From contig JAYWIR010000009.1 in assembly GCA_036172245.1 (NCBI GenBank), forward strand, positions 1,488,001 to 1,552,000: a stretch of DNA of 64,000 bases, written 5' to 3'. The DNA comes from Raillietiella orientalis. Its lineage: Eukaryota. Under the pieces are notes generated by a model. That model saw nothing but the letters and a program-made list of their open reading frames with translations, was not told the DNA's origin and made no database searches. Made by a program: the position numbers and the translations under genes. Shown piece after piece: positions 23,760 through 37,953 of the stretch; within the stretch, counting starts at the first letter, position 1; each line of letters opens with the position of its first letter.

Positions 23760-24230
23760 TCTTCTCCATTTCGATCCCAGCCGATCTTGAGGATCTTTCA
23801 AGTGTCTTCCTGAGTAATTTCCCCTTCAACGTGATGTCAGCTGACGGAAGCAGAAGTTCCGTGAGAATCTCCTCCTCGTCTGGCGAAGAACGCGAGGCGA
23901 AGTCGATGTTGCCTCTGGGAAGGATGCCTCCCTTATCCCTCTGTTCCTTCGCGAGCGAGACCCCTTCTGCAGTTCAACGGAGGGAAGCGGACCGCGGTCT
24001 TCTGGATCCTTTTGACTTTCTCCCCGGAGAAGTGCAGAGATGCGCGTTTTTCCGGAAGAGAAAGAGAAGACCGCGTTTTTCGGAAGGGAAGAGATCGGAT
24101 GAGGGGGGTAGGAGGCTGGGAGTGGAGCGGAGGGCCGGGAGGAGGAGGCAGATGGAACGGATCAAGGAGGAGGAGACCATGCAGCGTCTGCCGTACGACA
24201 TCCCAGAAGCTTCCCGGAGAGCAGATCAAT
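23760..24230 (-). mobile_element. Decayed DIRS1-type gag fragment
   Basis: NIDFASRSS and ADITLKGKLLRKTLE on the minus strand (cf. D..FAARS ... DLPF.G.KLFG..L). Confidence 0.35.
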
Positions 24231-27200
24231 CGTGATCCGCATGCAAAGAAAGCAATTAGCAGAGTACACGCAGGGGCGGAGCACAGAGCCAGCTCTGTGC
24301 AAACAGAGATGAGTCTCGGAGATCAAAGCGCACTGTAGGGAAAGCGGAGGAGGCAGATGCGTGTCAGAAGACGGGTGTCGTTACCGGCGTCGCGCGTTCC
24401 CCGCTTTTCCTCCTGCTTGGAACTCACCGTTCTTCAGTCGAGAGGAGAGGGGAAGGGACGTCCTTCCTCTGTTCAGGGGGGTCCCCCTTCACATAGCCCC
24501 AGGAAGAGGCTGCAGGACTCCCCACAAGGACGGCGGCACGCCTTTCCCCCTGAAGGGCTCTCTTCCCGCTTCCGGTAAGCGGCGACCCGCTCCTCGGGAA
24601 AAGCAGGGAGCGCCTCCCCCCCCCGTTCGTTTCAAGGCCAGCCGCTTTCCCGGGGGTCTTCCCGAGGCACTCTGCGCCTGGAAAAGACGTCAGCGAGGAA
24701 CCAGCGCTGTAGGGCTTCGTCTGGCGCTTCCCTTGTGCGCTCCACCTGTCTCCAGCCGCCCCGGAAGGCAGCAGCACTGCTACCCACCCTCTTCTCCCGA
24801 AGCATCGCGTGCGCTCTTTGCAGGCCGCCACGAATGTGTGTCCCCCCCCCCCTTCGCCTGCCTGCTAGTGCAGAGTCGAGAGGCTACTCTCCGTGGCCGT
24901 CCAGGAGGAACCGGCGAAGACTTCGGGGCCGACCGTCCGAGAGCGAGTCCCACGCGAGCGGCAGGCGTGCGCGCGCGCGTCACCCTTGCTACGCCTCGTG
25001 AGCACGCGCTCGCCATCGCCCGGGGAAGGCGGATTTCCGCAGGAGACACCCTTCCGTCATCCCGGGTCACCCACGGTCGGCTTGGCTGCTTTGTTTACCG
25101 GCGTCCGCCGCTCGCTAAGCTGCCGAGAGCAGCGCGGATCGTGAATCAGCGTCCCATCACGCGCCGCACCATTTGCTGCGCTCGTGACGCGCTCGCGTCT
25201 CGGGACAACGAGGGTTTCCTGACACGGGGGAGTGGCGGGGAAACCCCTTGCCGGAAGAGAGAGGGAGTGAGAGAAAGAGGAGGGTGAGAGCGGCCGGCGA
25301 TCGGGACGATTCGGACAAGGGACACATCCTCGCGAAGACGCCGCCGTCTCCGCGGCGGCAGGGACGACCGCGGCGGGGCGGTGGGCGGCGAGGGTGGACG
25401 CGAACGAAGAGGCGGTTGCGGTGAACCCAGGCTCGCGTGAGCCTTCCCCCTCCCTCCCCGGCCCTTCCCTTCGCCCCACCGACTGCGGCTGTCAATCACC
25501 CGCGAGGACCAGAGCAAAGCCGACAGCCTCCACGTTGATTTCCCATTCTTTCAGTCCAGAACCCGGAAAGCGCCTTGAAAGAGATCAGCACTTTTCCCGC
25601 GGGGGGCCTCCGGCCGCGGTTCGGCCCCACGGGAGCTCGGACGAGCCATCTCAGAGGAAAGAGGGCTATTCCTTTATCTCGCGCTCCCTTTCGCTTTCCA
25701 CCCCTGGAGAAGCGGGGCGTGCGGCTGGGGAGAGGAGGGGGCTAGTCCGGGAGCATCCACTGAGAGCGGATCGTCCCCGAGGGAGCCACCAGCGCCCCCA
25801 CCCCCTTCCTCCCTCCTCCCGCGCGGTGTCTGCTGTCAGGAAAGGGCGTTCGCGTGCCTGCCCCGTCGCGCGGGTGGACGTCTCGCGAAGAGGATCCGCG
25901 CGCGCCACCGTCGGCGCCGAAGGCGTCCAAGCGATCATCTCCCTGCCTCCTTGCCGCCGCGCATTTTCGCCACCTCCCCTTGGCGTCCCTCCGCACGCCC
26001 CCGCCGTCTTGCGCGCGTCCTTTTATGTCGCCGACCCCCGACTCCGGCTTGGATTCTCCTGGAATCGGAACCCGCACGCGCGCGCGCGTGCGCACGCCGA
26101 TTCTCCTCTCGAGCCGCGATCGCGCGGAAGGGCTCACTCCAGGTGTCCCTTCGACCTCCAATGGCGACCCCTTTCGGCAGTCGCCGGCACCCGAAAGAGA
26201 GGACACTTTTCGGGAAGTGCGGAAATCTTTCGCACGATGAGAAACCTTCAGACTCAGGAATGCCCGGGGAGACGGGGAAGAATGAAGGGAAGGGAGGGGA
26301 GCTTTTCCCCGCAGCCTACCCGGGAATCGCGAGAGGTCGAGTTCGGTGGCCGACCAAGGTCAAGGCGAGGGGTTCGAGGCTGATCTCGGCGCCCTCCGAG
26401 AGAACAGGAACAGTAGTCTGTGGACGCCGCTGTGCTGTCATCTGACCAGGCTGCTTGTGGCACTGGTGGGCGTAGGTACCGCCAGCTTCCACGCGTGCTT
26501 TCCTTGCGCCCTCTACTCCGTATCGTCTGGTGTCCGCCGACCTCCGGGGTGCTCATCCCTGCTGGCACAGACGTGGCACCCCTCGGTGGCCTCTTGGAAT
26601 CTCGCAATGTCCGATCATCGAGAACCCAAGGGGAGGGAGAGGACTGTGGTCAGGATAAGCAGTGAAAAAGCAGAGGAGGAAGGGGAGATCATGGGAGGTC
26701 ACAGGAGAAGGACTTGCGGCGTGAGGGAAGGAGCCCCGGCAGGATACGCAGACTCCAGGAGAGGACACGAGTACAAGAGCCCCTCAGGCAGTTCGGTGCA
26801 CTATTAGAGACGGTGACGCAGACGGCAATGAGGACCGGCGCGGAAGGCAGAGACGATGGCAACAGCAAGAAGCCTTCAGGAGCGCTTCGAGACGGCGCGC
26901 CCAGCCGGCGGCTGCCGCCTCAAGGGAATGGCCGCTTCCCCGTCCTCTGGTCTCTCCGCCGCCGGGGGCTCGTCCTGCCGGGGGCGCAGCATTTGCGAGA
27001 GGACGCTGGTCAAAGGTCAAATGCCGCAGACAGGGTCGCCCCGTCTGCAGGGATGCACCCCTCGTCCTTCCACTGCAGGTGGCGGTGCGCGCGCGCTCGC
27101 CCGCCCGTCAGGGGAACAGGGCAGCTCCTCCTCCTCCCCTCCCCCTCTCCCCATTCCTCGCTCAATCCCCTTCTGCCTTCTCCCAGTACGAGCCGAGATG

Positions 27201-29599
27201 AGCCCTCCCAGACTCTCGGAGATTCCCCTCCCCTACATCCTTCGTTCCTTCCCCTCTCTTGAATCCCTCGGGGGTTGACGGGAGTCTTGGGGGAAAAAGA
27301 GGAGGTCCGCCGCCGCTCTCCCACCCATGCCACGGCGCGTCCCCACGAGCGCGTAACTCGGCTGACTGCCGGCCTCGGTCTATCCTCCTTTTCCGGAGCT
27401 TTCATACCGGGAGCGGCGGCTACTGGCGCGCTGGCAGACAACCAAGGCGGACGCGCGCGCGGGGCGCCCTCTCCGGCGGGCGGAGGCAGAACAGGCGGAG
27501 GATGAGCAGGCAGCGCGCGCACTGGTCTATTTATAGACTGAGCCTCGCGGCCCCTGCTGGCGACAGGGAACGGGTGCGCGGGGGAGCAAAGGCAGGATGC
27601 CGTCGTCGCCTCCCGCTGGAGGGAGGGCCAGGGACGGGCCTCACCTCGGGGAGGGAGGGAGAAGGTTACCCCTCCCTCCCTCCCTGCCACATCCCTTGTC
27701 TCCCTTCCTTCCCTGCTCAGGACGACAAGGGAAAACACGGCGAATCCTCCTGGATCCCTTCCGCTTCGCCAGGTCCTCAGGGCGCCGTTGCCGATTCCCC
27801 GGACTTCTCCGACAGGGAACGCCGAGCCATTACCCCGGTGTTCCCTGCTGAGCGGCTGGGACGGGAAGCCCGGAGGCAGGTCCTGGAAAGCCCGCCACAG
27901 ACTGGAGGGGCGACGCGGAGCCTCCCTCTCCCGCGTCCTCTCCCTCCTTCCCGATTTTCCCGGGACTTCTCCGGCCTTCCACCTGATTACTTCATTTAGC
28001 CTTTTCGAAGGGAGGGATCTCTGTCGTTGGGAACGGAAGGGAAGGAAAAGGGGAGAGGGAGAGAGCACGGAACTCCCTCTGCGTGCCCTGCATGATTTTC
28101 AGGATGGGACCTCGGGCGAGGGAAGGAATCCATGACTTTCTTTTCCTCCCGGAGTTGGGAAGTCCCCCGCGAAGGAAGTGCCACCTGCCTTCCCCTTTCT
28201 CTCTAACCCGCAATCAGGAAACCGGGAGGGAGGGAGGCCTTTCGATAAGATGCCGGGACCTCCGAGGAACGCACGCGGGCACAAGAGAAAATGGGCACCC
28301 CCGAGAAGCGACCTTTTGGTATCCACTCCGCCGCCGCAGGTGGAACGCGAGCAGAGAGCGAGTAGGCCTCCTTGCCTCCTCCCCGATCCCTCATCGGAGC
28401 GCCGCCCTCGCGCCTCAGGACGGGGGGCCTCGTCTCTGGAAGTCGCCCTCCCTCTGGCGGTCACTGGACAGGACCGCTGTCCCAGCCTCCCGCCTTCTTG
28501 ACTCCGGGACGCTTCCCCACCGCCACCTCCTTTCGGTCCCCTCCTCCTCCTTGCTGGGACTCTGGCGACGGAGGAGAGCTCGCGAGCGCCCTCTCGCCCC
28601 CTCAGCCCTTCCTTCCAGTGCGGGCGGAGGAAACGGCAGGCACCCCTTCGGAGAAAAGAGGCGGCTCCCGGGAGGATCTTCGAGGGTGGACGTCATCGCG
28701 GGACACCAGACACGAAGGTCAAAGGAGGAGCAGAGCTCCGGAAGCCGCGTGGGCGGTCCAGGGAAGGGGCTCTCCCTAGGACGGTGGGCTCTCCGGAAGG
28801 CCCTCTCGACCCTCCGGGGCCGACATGCCTCCTGGAAGTGCGTCCTGCTCGAAGGAAACCTGGTGGATGGTCAAGGGAAGGGGGGGAGAGGGATGTAGGG
28901 ATAAGGAGAAAAACCCACCCACGGACGCGGAGGTCCGGCTCCTCCGGGCCAAATTTGCCGCCGATTCTCAGGGAAGAGGATGGGGAGGGGGTGGACGCCG
29001 CTGCCGCTGGAGCCTCCGGCACTCTCAAGGTCGAGGCTGCTGGCCGAGACGATGGGTGCTGTTTCTCACCCGGGTGCGCCAGGGTGCTTATTTGTAAACT
29101 ATTCAGGAACAAGGTTCCCAGACAAAGAACACAGAAATACGGAGACGACGGGTGCTGTAGTGGCGGCGGCGAGTCGGTTCCGAGCGCCCAAGGACTGCTT
29201 CATTTTAAACCAGGAAGGACGAAGAAGGAGCTCCGCCGCGCGTGGTATGCCTGCCCGGGTTCGCGTGGGGTCCCCTCCAAGAGTTTTCCGAGGGAAGACC
29301 TGTAAGGGGAACAGAGGACCCATTTCCTTACCCCCCACGCCTCTCCTTCATCTCTTCCCCTGCCGCCAAGTCTTGAAGGCGGGTCTGCGCCGGCGGCGAC
29401 CTCCTTCTGCGGACCGGCGGCGGGGAGCTGACCCACACAAACGCGACGCGGAATTGTGCGGGTCGTCGAGCGGACGGTCGCCGGAGGTCCGGCAGAGTCG
29501 CGAAATCTCATCGCCTGGGTGCCGTCCTTCAGCAAGAGGAGCCAGGAGTGGGCGGGCTCCGGGCATCGGAGGGGCACCGGAAGCACCGCGCTGATGCTG

Positions 29600-30300
29600 C
29601 CGGCCACCCACCCACTTACCCAGTGGAACCAGCTCGAAGAGTGCGAAGAGTGTGTGGTGGGACGTCATAATGACAGCTATCGGTCGTGTCACCGGCGGCT
29701 CTGCCGGTGATACGACCGTTAATCAGAGAGGATGCCTCTGCTGCTACCTTGTGCTCGCGCAAACAAGGCAACCCTGGCAGGGGACATCTCCTTCCCGGAA
29801 GGAAGCGAAGTCCTTCAGGGACCTGAGGTCCCTGGCGGTGGTTCGTCCTCCGTGGAGCAGAGCGAAGCGCTTCCGGCTTTCCCGGCTACGAAGGCAGTCA
29901 AGGAGCGTCCGGCTCGGACCACACCGAGCTCTCCACCCCTTTCCCTTGGCTCGCATCGCCCTCTCCGGACTCTAGGAAGAGTTCCTCCCCAATACCCTCG
30001 CAGGCCCTCGTTTGCTCCGGAGGTTCTTAAGGAGAGAGTCGTGCGTGGGAAGTTCTGCGGCTCCTCCAGGTTCCGCACACTTATGAGACGATTCCGGACA
30101 ACGGGAAAATCGGAGGATCCCTCGAAAGGATGCCGGAGGACTTCCCTTTCGGTCCTGAGGGTTGACCGTTCAAGGATACGCTTTGAGACAAGAGGAAACC
30201 GATTGCCGAGGAAGACTCCCGCGCTCATCTCTCGGCGTGTCTTCTATCCGAGGAAGGAGGGTCCAACGTGGGATGGAGGTAGGACGGAGGTCCGAGGTAG
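29600..30300 (+). mobile_element. Decayed DIRS1-type RNase H/MT to YR-start fragment
   Basis: WNQLEE (cf. HINQLEL), DTTVNQRG (cf. DNTT...N.QGG), RVPPQY...PEVLKE (cf. FPP..LP.VL.K), KDTL*DKRKP at ~30175 (cf. DTLL.ARKPST). Confidence 0.45.
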
Positions 30301-31496
30301 CGATCCAGAACTCCTCCCCGTCTTCCCAACGCTGCATGGAGGACTCGTTCTTCCGATCGGTCGGGAAGGACGGAAAGGTTCGCGCGCGCGCGTGAGTGCC
30401 GAAGGTGCCGGAAGCTGGACGGGTGCGCAAGTAGTGAGCGATTCCTGGATCCAGGAAACATCCCTCGTCCCGCCGCCTTGCGAAGGCACAGCAAAGACCC
30501 GCTCCAGCCCCACTGCCTCCGAAGCAGGCATCCTATTCCCGCTCCCGTCTCCGAAGGCAGCAGCTTTCCGCCGCACCCTTTCCCGTCCCTTCCCAGGGCG
30601 GACGCTCACCGACGAACCCAGCTCTGGGACTTTCGTTTTTCCCGCGCACCGTTAGTTGGCAAGGACCTCTCGCTTCTGGCTCGGTTGCCTAGGACGGAAT
30701 TCCTTGCCTGTCGAGGGGGCACGAGGCCTTTCCCTCCCGTGCGTTCCCTGCTACTCTTTTATCGCTGTTTACTTGCGGGAGCAGTGGCTGCTGCCAATTG
30801 CAGCACACCTTAGGCGTGTGCTCACCGACCTCTCCGTAAGTGCTCCCGAAACTTCCGGCTCTGCGTGCGCAAGGGAAGATGCATCATCGCTCTCCCCCCA
30901 GCGGCTGTCTTCCGGAGGTTTCCGGCGAGGAGCGGGCGCGGGCATGGATGCGTAGACTCTTTGATCCTTAGAAGGCAGGGATTTTCCCATCCCGACGCCT
31001 GCGCGCCCTTGCAGGGACGGAGAGCCAGGCCGACGACGTGCGGCTTTCCCGAGCCGAGGAGGGGAGATCCCGACTCATCCTCGGCTTTTTGCTTTCCTCC
31101 TTTTCGGAAGCTGCACAAAGGAGCGAGCACGGGATGCTAATGAGCCCAGGCATCGGAGCTGCTTCGAAATTTTCACTGTCGTTGCTACGGGCGCTGCAGC
31201 TCGAAAAAGCGTAAACAGAAGAAGAAAAGGGCCCACTGCCCACTAAGTCTGGCCGAATTAAAGACGGTAATTGCAGCAAGAGTTTCGAAGTCATTAAAAG
31301 GAGGATGCACTTCGTGTCAACTCGGTACGGAATTTCCTCAATCTAATGACAAAATTGGTCCAAAATTGACAGGATTCTGTCCGCTGATCCGAGGAATTCG
31401 TTCCATTGAAAGAGAGAAAGCTGAAAGGAGGAGCGCCAGCGTTCGCAAAGAGGGTGCAGCAGCGTGCAGAATCCGCTCCTTCGATATTCATTATGC

Positions 31497-31900
31497 TTAT
31501 TGCTCACAGGGAGAGGGACAATTAGGAGACTGGGCTGCAGGGAGGAGAAGGTTCGACCTCCGTTCTGTCAAGTTCACGTGCCAGGGGGAACAGCGCAGCA
31601 GCTCGAAACGCCGTTCGTGCGGCGGACCCAGAAAAGGCGAATTCCCTTGGCAGGGGCTGCCGGGAACGCGTGGACTCTCGGTGGCCACAGGAGGCCCGGA
31701 CGGAGGGGAAACTTTCACTGGCTGGGAAAGCAAGAAGAAGGAGAGGGCGCCAGACAGGAGGCGCCCTCGGACGGCATCCATGTGGTCCTGTCAGTTTCAG
31801 AGAATTTTCGAGGATCATCTCGGCACGACTTCGAGGTCGGCTTCCGCACCTTCGACGGCCATTGGAGCCGGGCCAACGCCCGTTCCAAGGGCGCCCTTAA
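31497..31900 (-). mobile_element. Decayed DIRS1-type reverse transcriptase fragment
   Basis: ORF 31497..31781(-): ATESPRVP, QGNSPFLG, LLRCSPWHVNLTERRSNLLLPAAQ (cf. TAPRVF / QG..FPYLDD / LL..LGW.VN..KS.L.P.Q). Confidence 0.55.
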
Positions 31901-33099
31901 ACCAGACGCCCTCCCCAGCTTTTGTCTTTCCCTTCCTCTTCCGCTCCCTCCCGCCCGCGGGCGCATTCCTCGTTTCCTGCAGACACCATGTACTCGACGA
32001 CCGATTCCACCTTTTGTTTTCCGCATCTCCGATTCTCTCCTGGAAAACCTTTGCAGATAGGGGAAGAAGAGAGAGAAAAAAGAACAGGAAAAAGAAAAGA
32101 AAGAAAGAAGAAGAAAAAATTTGAAGCGCTTCTGTCGATGCCTTCCATCCAAGCACGTAAATTAGGCAATTTTCTCGTTTTCTTAAACATCGATTTCCTG
32201 TTTCCATAATTTTTCCGACGGAATCTCAAATAACATCGGGAACTTCTGGTCGGTGAAAGAAAGTGGCCTGCAGTAATGAGAGGCTTTTCCATTGAAGTTT
32301 AATAAACGTTTAACGAAGACACGATTTAGCATCGCGGAGCAGAATTTCCTCCTGTCGATTCGAAAAGTGTCCCAGTAATAATTGGTTCTGATTACTAATT
32401 ATTTCTGCAAAACTATCTTTACGTACGGACGTACTGCGCCAGCCGTACACTTACATCTCTTTTGCATCCATGAGAAAATCAGATCTCGCAGCTTCCCGCC
32501 AAGCTGCCGATTACTCCAGACCTCCACTGATTTGGAACTGTTAAGAACGCTCCTCCACGCTGGGAAGATTTCGTAAGGTAGGTGGCAGTAAAGTTAAGTG
32601 TCCAACGCAATTTCCTCAATGCTGAAAGAAATTCCTACGTGATGTAGGAAAAGAGGGAACGACGAGCGTTCTTACTGCGGCCTAGGTGCATATGTATGCA
32701 GTACGGTGGGCCTACCCACGCAGGCTTGCCAGTTCCTCCGCTTTCCACGTCCGCTGCCAACAGTGATTCTTGGTCCACTTGCAGCATTGCTGCTACCTCT
32801 TGTACTTTCACCTGTACTTTCACCAAGAATGGAGCTTTAAACGCACGCTAGAAATTAATAGCGACGCTACTTTATTATCTATTTGGAATTATCTCTCCCT
32901 TTTATTTTTTATTTTTCTCCTAGAGGGAGCTCGCCACGCAAGGACACTTTGAATCAACTTTCAAGTGATCTCGCTGGTGCTGCTCGCTGACGCGGACGGA
33001 TCGGGGGGGCTTCCCGGGAACGAGCTTGGGAACGACCAGATGCGAAAAAGAGTCCAGAACTCGATGGATCGAAGTGGGAAGCGGAAGTCCTCAGATAAC

Positions 33100-33996
33100 G
33101 GCGTTCCGAATCCTGGACAACGGAGAAGATGCACCGGGATCCGTCACCTACATTGTCTCCCTAGGATCCTGGTCGATCCTCTGACCCGAGAAAGAGAGGT
33201 CGTGAGGGGGAAAGTCCGAGGCGCGAGGCCCCACAAATCCTTCTGGCAGGACCGACCAGAAGGGGTGCGCAGCCGTGGCGCGACCCGACCGCCGTTCTCG
33301 TGTTGCACAGAGTCACGGCAGAGGCTCTTTGACCTGCGGTGGGCATCGGGATCAGAATTCTTCGATGAGACTCCCGAGTAGCCGGCAGCATCAGTGCCGT
33401 TTCCAGGACATCAGCAGCAACTTCTTCAGAAGAAGGCAAGATGCTGCCGATCGCTTCAGGGTTCTGGCTCCACGAGAGCAACGCGTGGTGGACTCACGGG
33501 CACTCCACAGAGAGAACAACTCGTGGACTCAGAGCTCTGCTTCGGCCACGTGGGCGTCTACGAGGAGCAGCTTGTTTCTCCTCCGGAGAAAAAGCAGCTT
33601 GCCGTCCTCTCTTGGGATTCCTCTATCCGTGGAATGATTTCCTGGAGCGGGGTTCCACACCAGACAACCTCTTTCCCAAGAAGTCCCGAGCCCGGTTGCA
33701 TCTGCATCTCCCGATGGCTGAGGTGGCGGCAGCACTGGCTCGGGCTTCGAACGTTCCTTCTTCCTCCTTTGTTCTTCGACTTCTGCCCGTGGCGAGGGGC
33801 GAAACTCCCGAGGCACGTCCGCCGATTGGAGCAGGCCGCACGGCGGCCGCAGAGCGCACCATACTCTGGAGAAGAGCTCCACCATCCCGAGTGCCACGGA
33901 ACCAGCTTGCATCCAGCAGCCTGGAAAAGCAAAGTTTGGTCAGACGGCCGAGCTGCTCCGTCGCGCCCTGATTTCGCACCATCTCTTTGGCTCTAG
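33100..33996 (+). mobile_element. Decayed DIRS1-type RNase H / methyltransferase-like fragment
   Basis: QDAADRFR (cf. N..AD.LSR). ORF 33394..33996 has ISRWLRWRQHWLGL (cf. IAP.WPRQ.W), LPRHVRRLEQ and LHHPECHGTSLHPAAWK (cf. LP...LL.Q...HP....L.L.AW). Confidence 0.6.
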
Positions 33997-35384
33997 CCGG
34001 GATTCGCCCAAAGCTGCCGCCCGAGGATTCCGGGTGCCGATCGGGACACGGTGGACGGAAACGGAATGGAGACGTAGGGAAGCCCTGATGTCCTTCTCTC
34101 GGTGTTCTCTGGTTTCCCGGCCCCGCTCGGTTTCGTCGGAGATTTTGGTGTCCCCACCAAAGGAACGCCTTCCTGGCACCGGAGGCTGCACTCGTGACTA
34201 AGAGCCTCCGCACCGAATCGCCCTTCCTCCGGGAAAGCTGCGAGAACCACCAGCTCGCCTGTCGGTTTTCGAATGGAACCGATTTTCCCGGAAAGAGTCG
34301 CGGATTCGCAGGCGCAACGACAGCTCCCCCACGTTTCCCCTCCTTTTCGAAGCCCCGTGTTCTCCGCAGGGAGAGTCGTTTTCCTGAAAACGCGATCCCC
34401 AAAGTGGCCAGCCGCAGGGAAAGGGCTTCCTCTGCGACGCCTCCGCCCGGGGGGGGGGGGATTTCCTTCTCAACTAGGCGGCGCTTGGGGCGAGCGCAGC
34501 AAGTGCATCCTCCTCCTCCCCGGAGCTGTGCATGAAGGAGCGAACCCTCTTCCTCTCGGTTCGGAGGGGTCACTTTCGCGGCCAAGGGAAGAAGCGGTCG
34601 GTCCACGGGAAGGAGAGGAAGAGAGAGAGAAAAGTCCCGCGAGGAAGAAAAAATCAGCTCCGAAAACGACGAATAGATTCTTGAGCAGCCGCTGTTCCCG
34701 TCTTCTTCCCCCCTTCCGCAGCCTCCGATCCGTCGTCCGCGTCTCCTCCCCTGCCCCTTTCCGCGTGCTCCGACTCCCCACCACCGCTGTCTACCTTAAA
34801 AAGAGCCCGACAGGCTTGTGCGAGCTCCGTCGCCGACGGGGTCCGCTGTTTCGGCTGACGTCACCCTGCTGACCCAAGGGGGGAAAGGGGTGGCGCGCGG
34901 CATCGAGCCTGCAGGCCGGTGGCAGGATGACGCACCTTTCTACCAAGCAGCAGCAGCTCCTGGAGACTGCCCCTGCTCTCCCTCCAGCGTCGCACGGAGA
35001 TGCAGGGGAGGGACGAACATCCGGCGGCTTAGAGAGGAGGCGCTATGAGACGCCGGAAGTTGGATGGAGGAGGGAAATAGGTCGTCCCTCCTCACTCCTG
35101 CGGCCCTTTTCCGAGGAGAGGGTCAGGGCGCTTCCCTTTGCCGTAGTCCGCTCGAGCCTGCGTCCGCTTCGGGAGGAATTCCCGACCCTACGAGGCCGTG
35201 GTCCTCGGGACTCCTCCACGACGAGGAAGGGATTGCGATCCCTTAAAGAGTCCTCGAATCGATCCCTTCTTCCTCCTCCTCCCTCCGCGGAGAGGAAGGA
35301 GTCATTACGCAGCTGAAAGGAATTTCCTGCTTCCTGACTCCAGATAGGCAGGCAAGAATAATAAAATTCTTCGTAGCAGACTGG

Positions 35385-36500
35385 ATGATCATCCCTCTAC
35401 CACTGACAAAGAGGAATAACCTCACTCCCTCCTCCTTTTTGTTTTGGGCGGTCTTTCGCGCCCTCCTTTCCCTTAACGCTCTTCGGCCCTCCTCGGATGG
35501 GGGCAGAAGTGCATGGGCGCGCGGCAGCCCTCGGGGGCTGCTCCTCCTGCTCACCTCTCGGAGCAGGAGGAGGCTCTTTCACGCCCTCCTGGAAGGGGGC
35601 GGGACCGGAACGCTCCCAGATCCTCTTTTGCGGAGCCGGGAACGCCCTTCCGGCTCAGGGAAGCCGCCTCCGTCCGGAAGACCGCCCGCCGAAGGATGTC
35701 TTTGACCTCCGCTCCCATCCTTCTTTCCTCCCCACGTCCCAATCCTTCGGCGGCCTCCCGTTCCTTGGAACGCACCAGAGGGGTCGGCCGCCTGGCCGCC
35801 ACCACGCGCGCGATCTCTCTTGGACCGCTGCACGCTTCCAACCCCGAAGCACGTCCGGAACCCGGAAGGAAAGGCGAGGATGAGGGAGGGGCACCTGCAT
35901 CCTTGGCAGGTGACGCGCTTCTTCCAGAGTTCTGGGGCCGAGATGAGGTGGGCAGGTGAAGAGGGGGCGAGGCGTGGAGCCCTCGGGAAGCCAAGAAGCG
36001 GGAGGAAGTGGCTGCCGTGCATCCCGAAATGATGGCTGCACAGAGGGGGAGAGGCACCTCGAGGGTAGCAGTTCCCAGAGGGAAGGTCGAGGGCACCTCA
36101 CACGCGCGCGCGACCGAGCCCGTGGAAGGAGATGGAATCGAGTCGAGTGGCTGGGAGCTCGCCTGCCCTTTGACCAGAGCCTTATCGGCCTACCAGGAAC
36201 ATCAGAAGACTCCCGAGCGTTTGATGAGGCTGGCCAGGGGTTCCCAGGGGAGGGATGACCCTCCCGACGGGTGTGGGAAGGGGCGGAGCGCTCCCGTGCC
36301 TGCTGAGCTCATCATGGAAGAGCTCAGAAGGGAACCGCAGCTTCTCGCGCGCCCTCGATGGCTAAGCTCGCTGCAACGCTCCGGAAGGCGCCTCCAACAC
36401 CCGCGAGATCCTGTTGACTGCCTGCAGCTGGTATGTCCGTCTGCGGATCATGGGAGAGGGGGAAGGAATGGTCCCCATTTGCTAGGGGACCCACGCGCAG
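35385..36500 (+). mobile_element. Decayed DIRS1-type tyrosine recombinase
   Basis: GLLLLLTSRSRRRLFHALL (ORF 35385..35705; cf. FLLALTSA.RVSEL.AL); FDLRSHPSFLPTS (ORF 35497..35883; cf. V.LR.HP.FLPKV); LACPLTRALSAYQ (ORF 36008..; cf. LCPVRAL..Y). Confidence 0.7.
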
Positions 36501-37953
36501 CCTTGCTGGAGTCTTCCCTGCTTCCCAGGACTTCGTCCGTCGACCGGTTGCACTTCGAGGGAGAGCGCACCGCCCCTCTCTCGGGGTGCTGTCTCCGGAA
36601 AAAAGAGAAGGGGACCTCCTGGAGAGGGCGCTCTCCCATTGTGGCAGTTCCTTCTCCCTCCTTCCCTTCGTTCCACGCGGACGCGATTCGGTCCAGGTCA
36701 GCTGATGTCTTTCCAACGTCCGGCTGCCCTGATCTCTATCACTTCCAGCCGGATTGCTTCCTTTTTTCCATTTTCCATCTCTCTCTCTCCCCAACCCCCC
36801 TTCCTTTCTGGAGCTCGGAATTCCCCTTCTTGGTCCACCGGAAACGGGACGAGCAAATCCCGCTCTCGTCTCTATGCGCTCTCCACCTTCGTCCAATCCG
36901 ATGGAAGAGGGGAGGGAGCGAATCAGGATCGCCGCCGCCGCCGGATAGCTGTCTCCCGCGGGGAGGTTGCGTTTCCGGATGGACGCCACTCCCGTCAGGA
37001 TCTCGCGAACATCCGGCGGCTGCGAAAGGAGGGCGTTCTTCTAGGAGGGGGAGTAAGAGAAAAAGGTCATTCCCTACTCTCCCGCGATCCTTCTCTGGGG
37101 AGGAGCCGGGAACGCTTCCCCCTGCTAGAGTCCGCTCGCACATCTCCCTCGCCTGCGTCCGCTTTCGGAGCGGCCGGGAGAAATCTCCGATCTGCCGGGG
37201 CTGGGATCGTCGGGACTTCTCACTGACGAAGGGAACGGATGCGCCGAGAGGGGAGGATACTCGCTCCCTCTTCTGGAGATCCGGGGAGAGAGGGCTTTCC
37301 TCCTTTCCGAAGTGGAATTCGACCGCGGGGCAACAAGAGGAATGAGGGTGCGGAAACTGCAAGCCGACCCTCCGTGTCCCAGGGTCACGCTTAAGGGCAT
37401 GAAGGGAGGAATGCGGAAAACAAGGGCGAGAATCTTCCTGAGGGAATCTCCTTCGCCGCCGATGCATCCACTAGTCACCTCAGTCTTCTCATTCAGATCG
37501 GGGAGCGCTCTCGGAGTATGGTTGCTGTGGCGACGTCTTCCGAGAAGGAAAGGAAAGAAAAGAAGGATGGCGTCCGAGTCACCTTCGAAAGGTCAGGAGA
37601 GGTCATCCTCTCCTTTTTTTGACCCCACTGAGCTTCCCTCCTCCTTCCATCTCCTCTTTCTGGGATTAGGTCGGTTTCCTCATCCCCCTGTCTGAGCTGC
37701 CTCCCGCAGGTCGAAGTCACCGAAGGCAAGAAAGAGCACCAAGGCGACGGATCTTCATCCCTGGTCCCTCCTCTGCCATCTCACTTGGAGCACCCTCTCG
37801 CAGAGGCCGAGCGCTCCTGCTCCCGTGAGCGACTTTCCTAAAGGAGTGGAGGAAGAGAGGGAGAGCGTGGGAACGGCCACCCCCACCCCGAGCGAAGAAC
37901 GCAGATTCTCGAGGCCTTAACTCCTTCACGAAGGAAGGGCGACAGCGGCTGTC

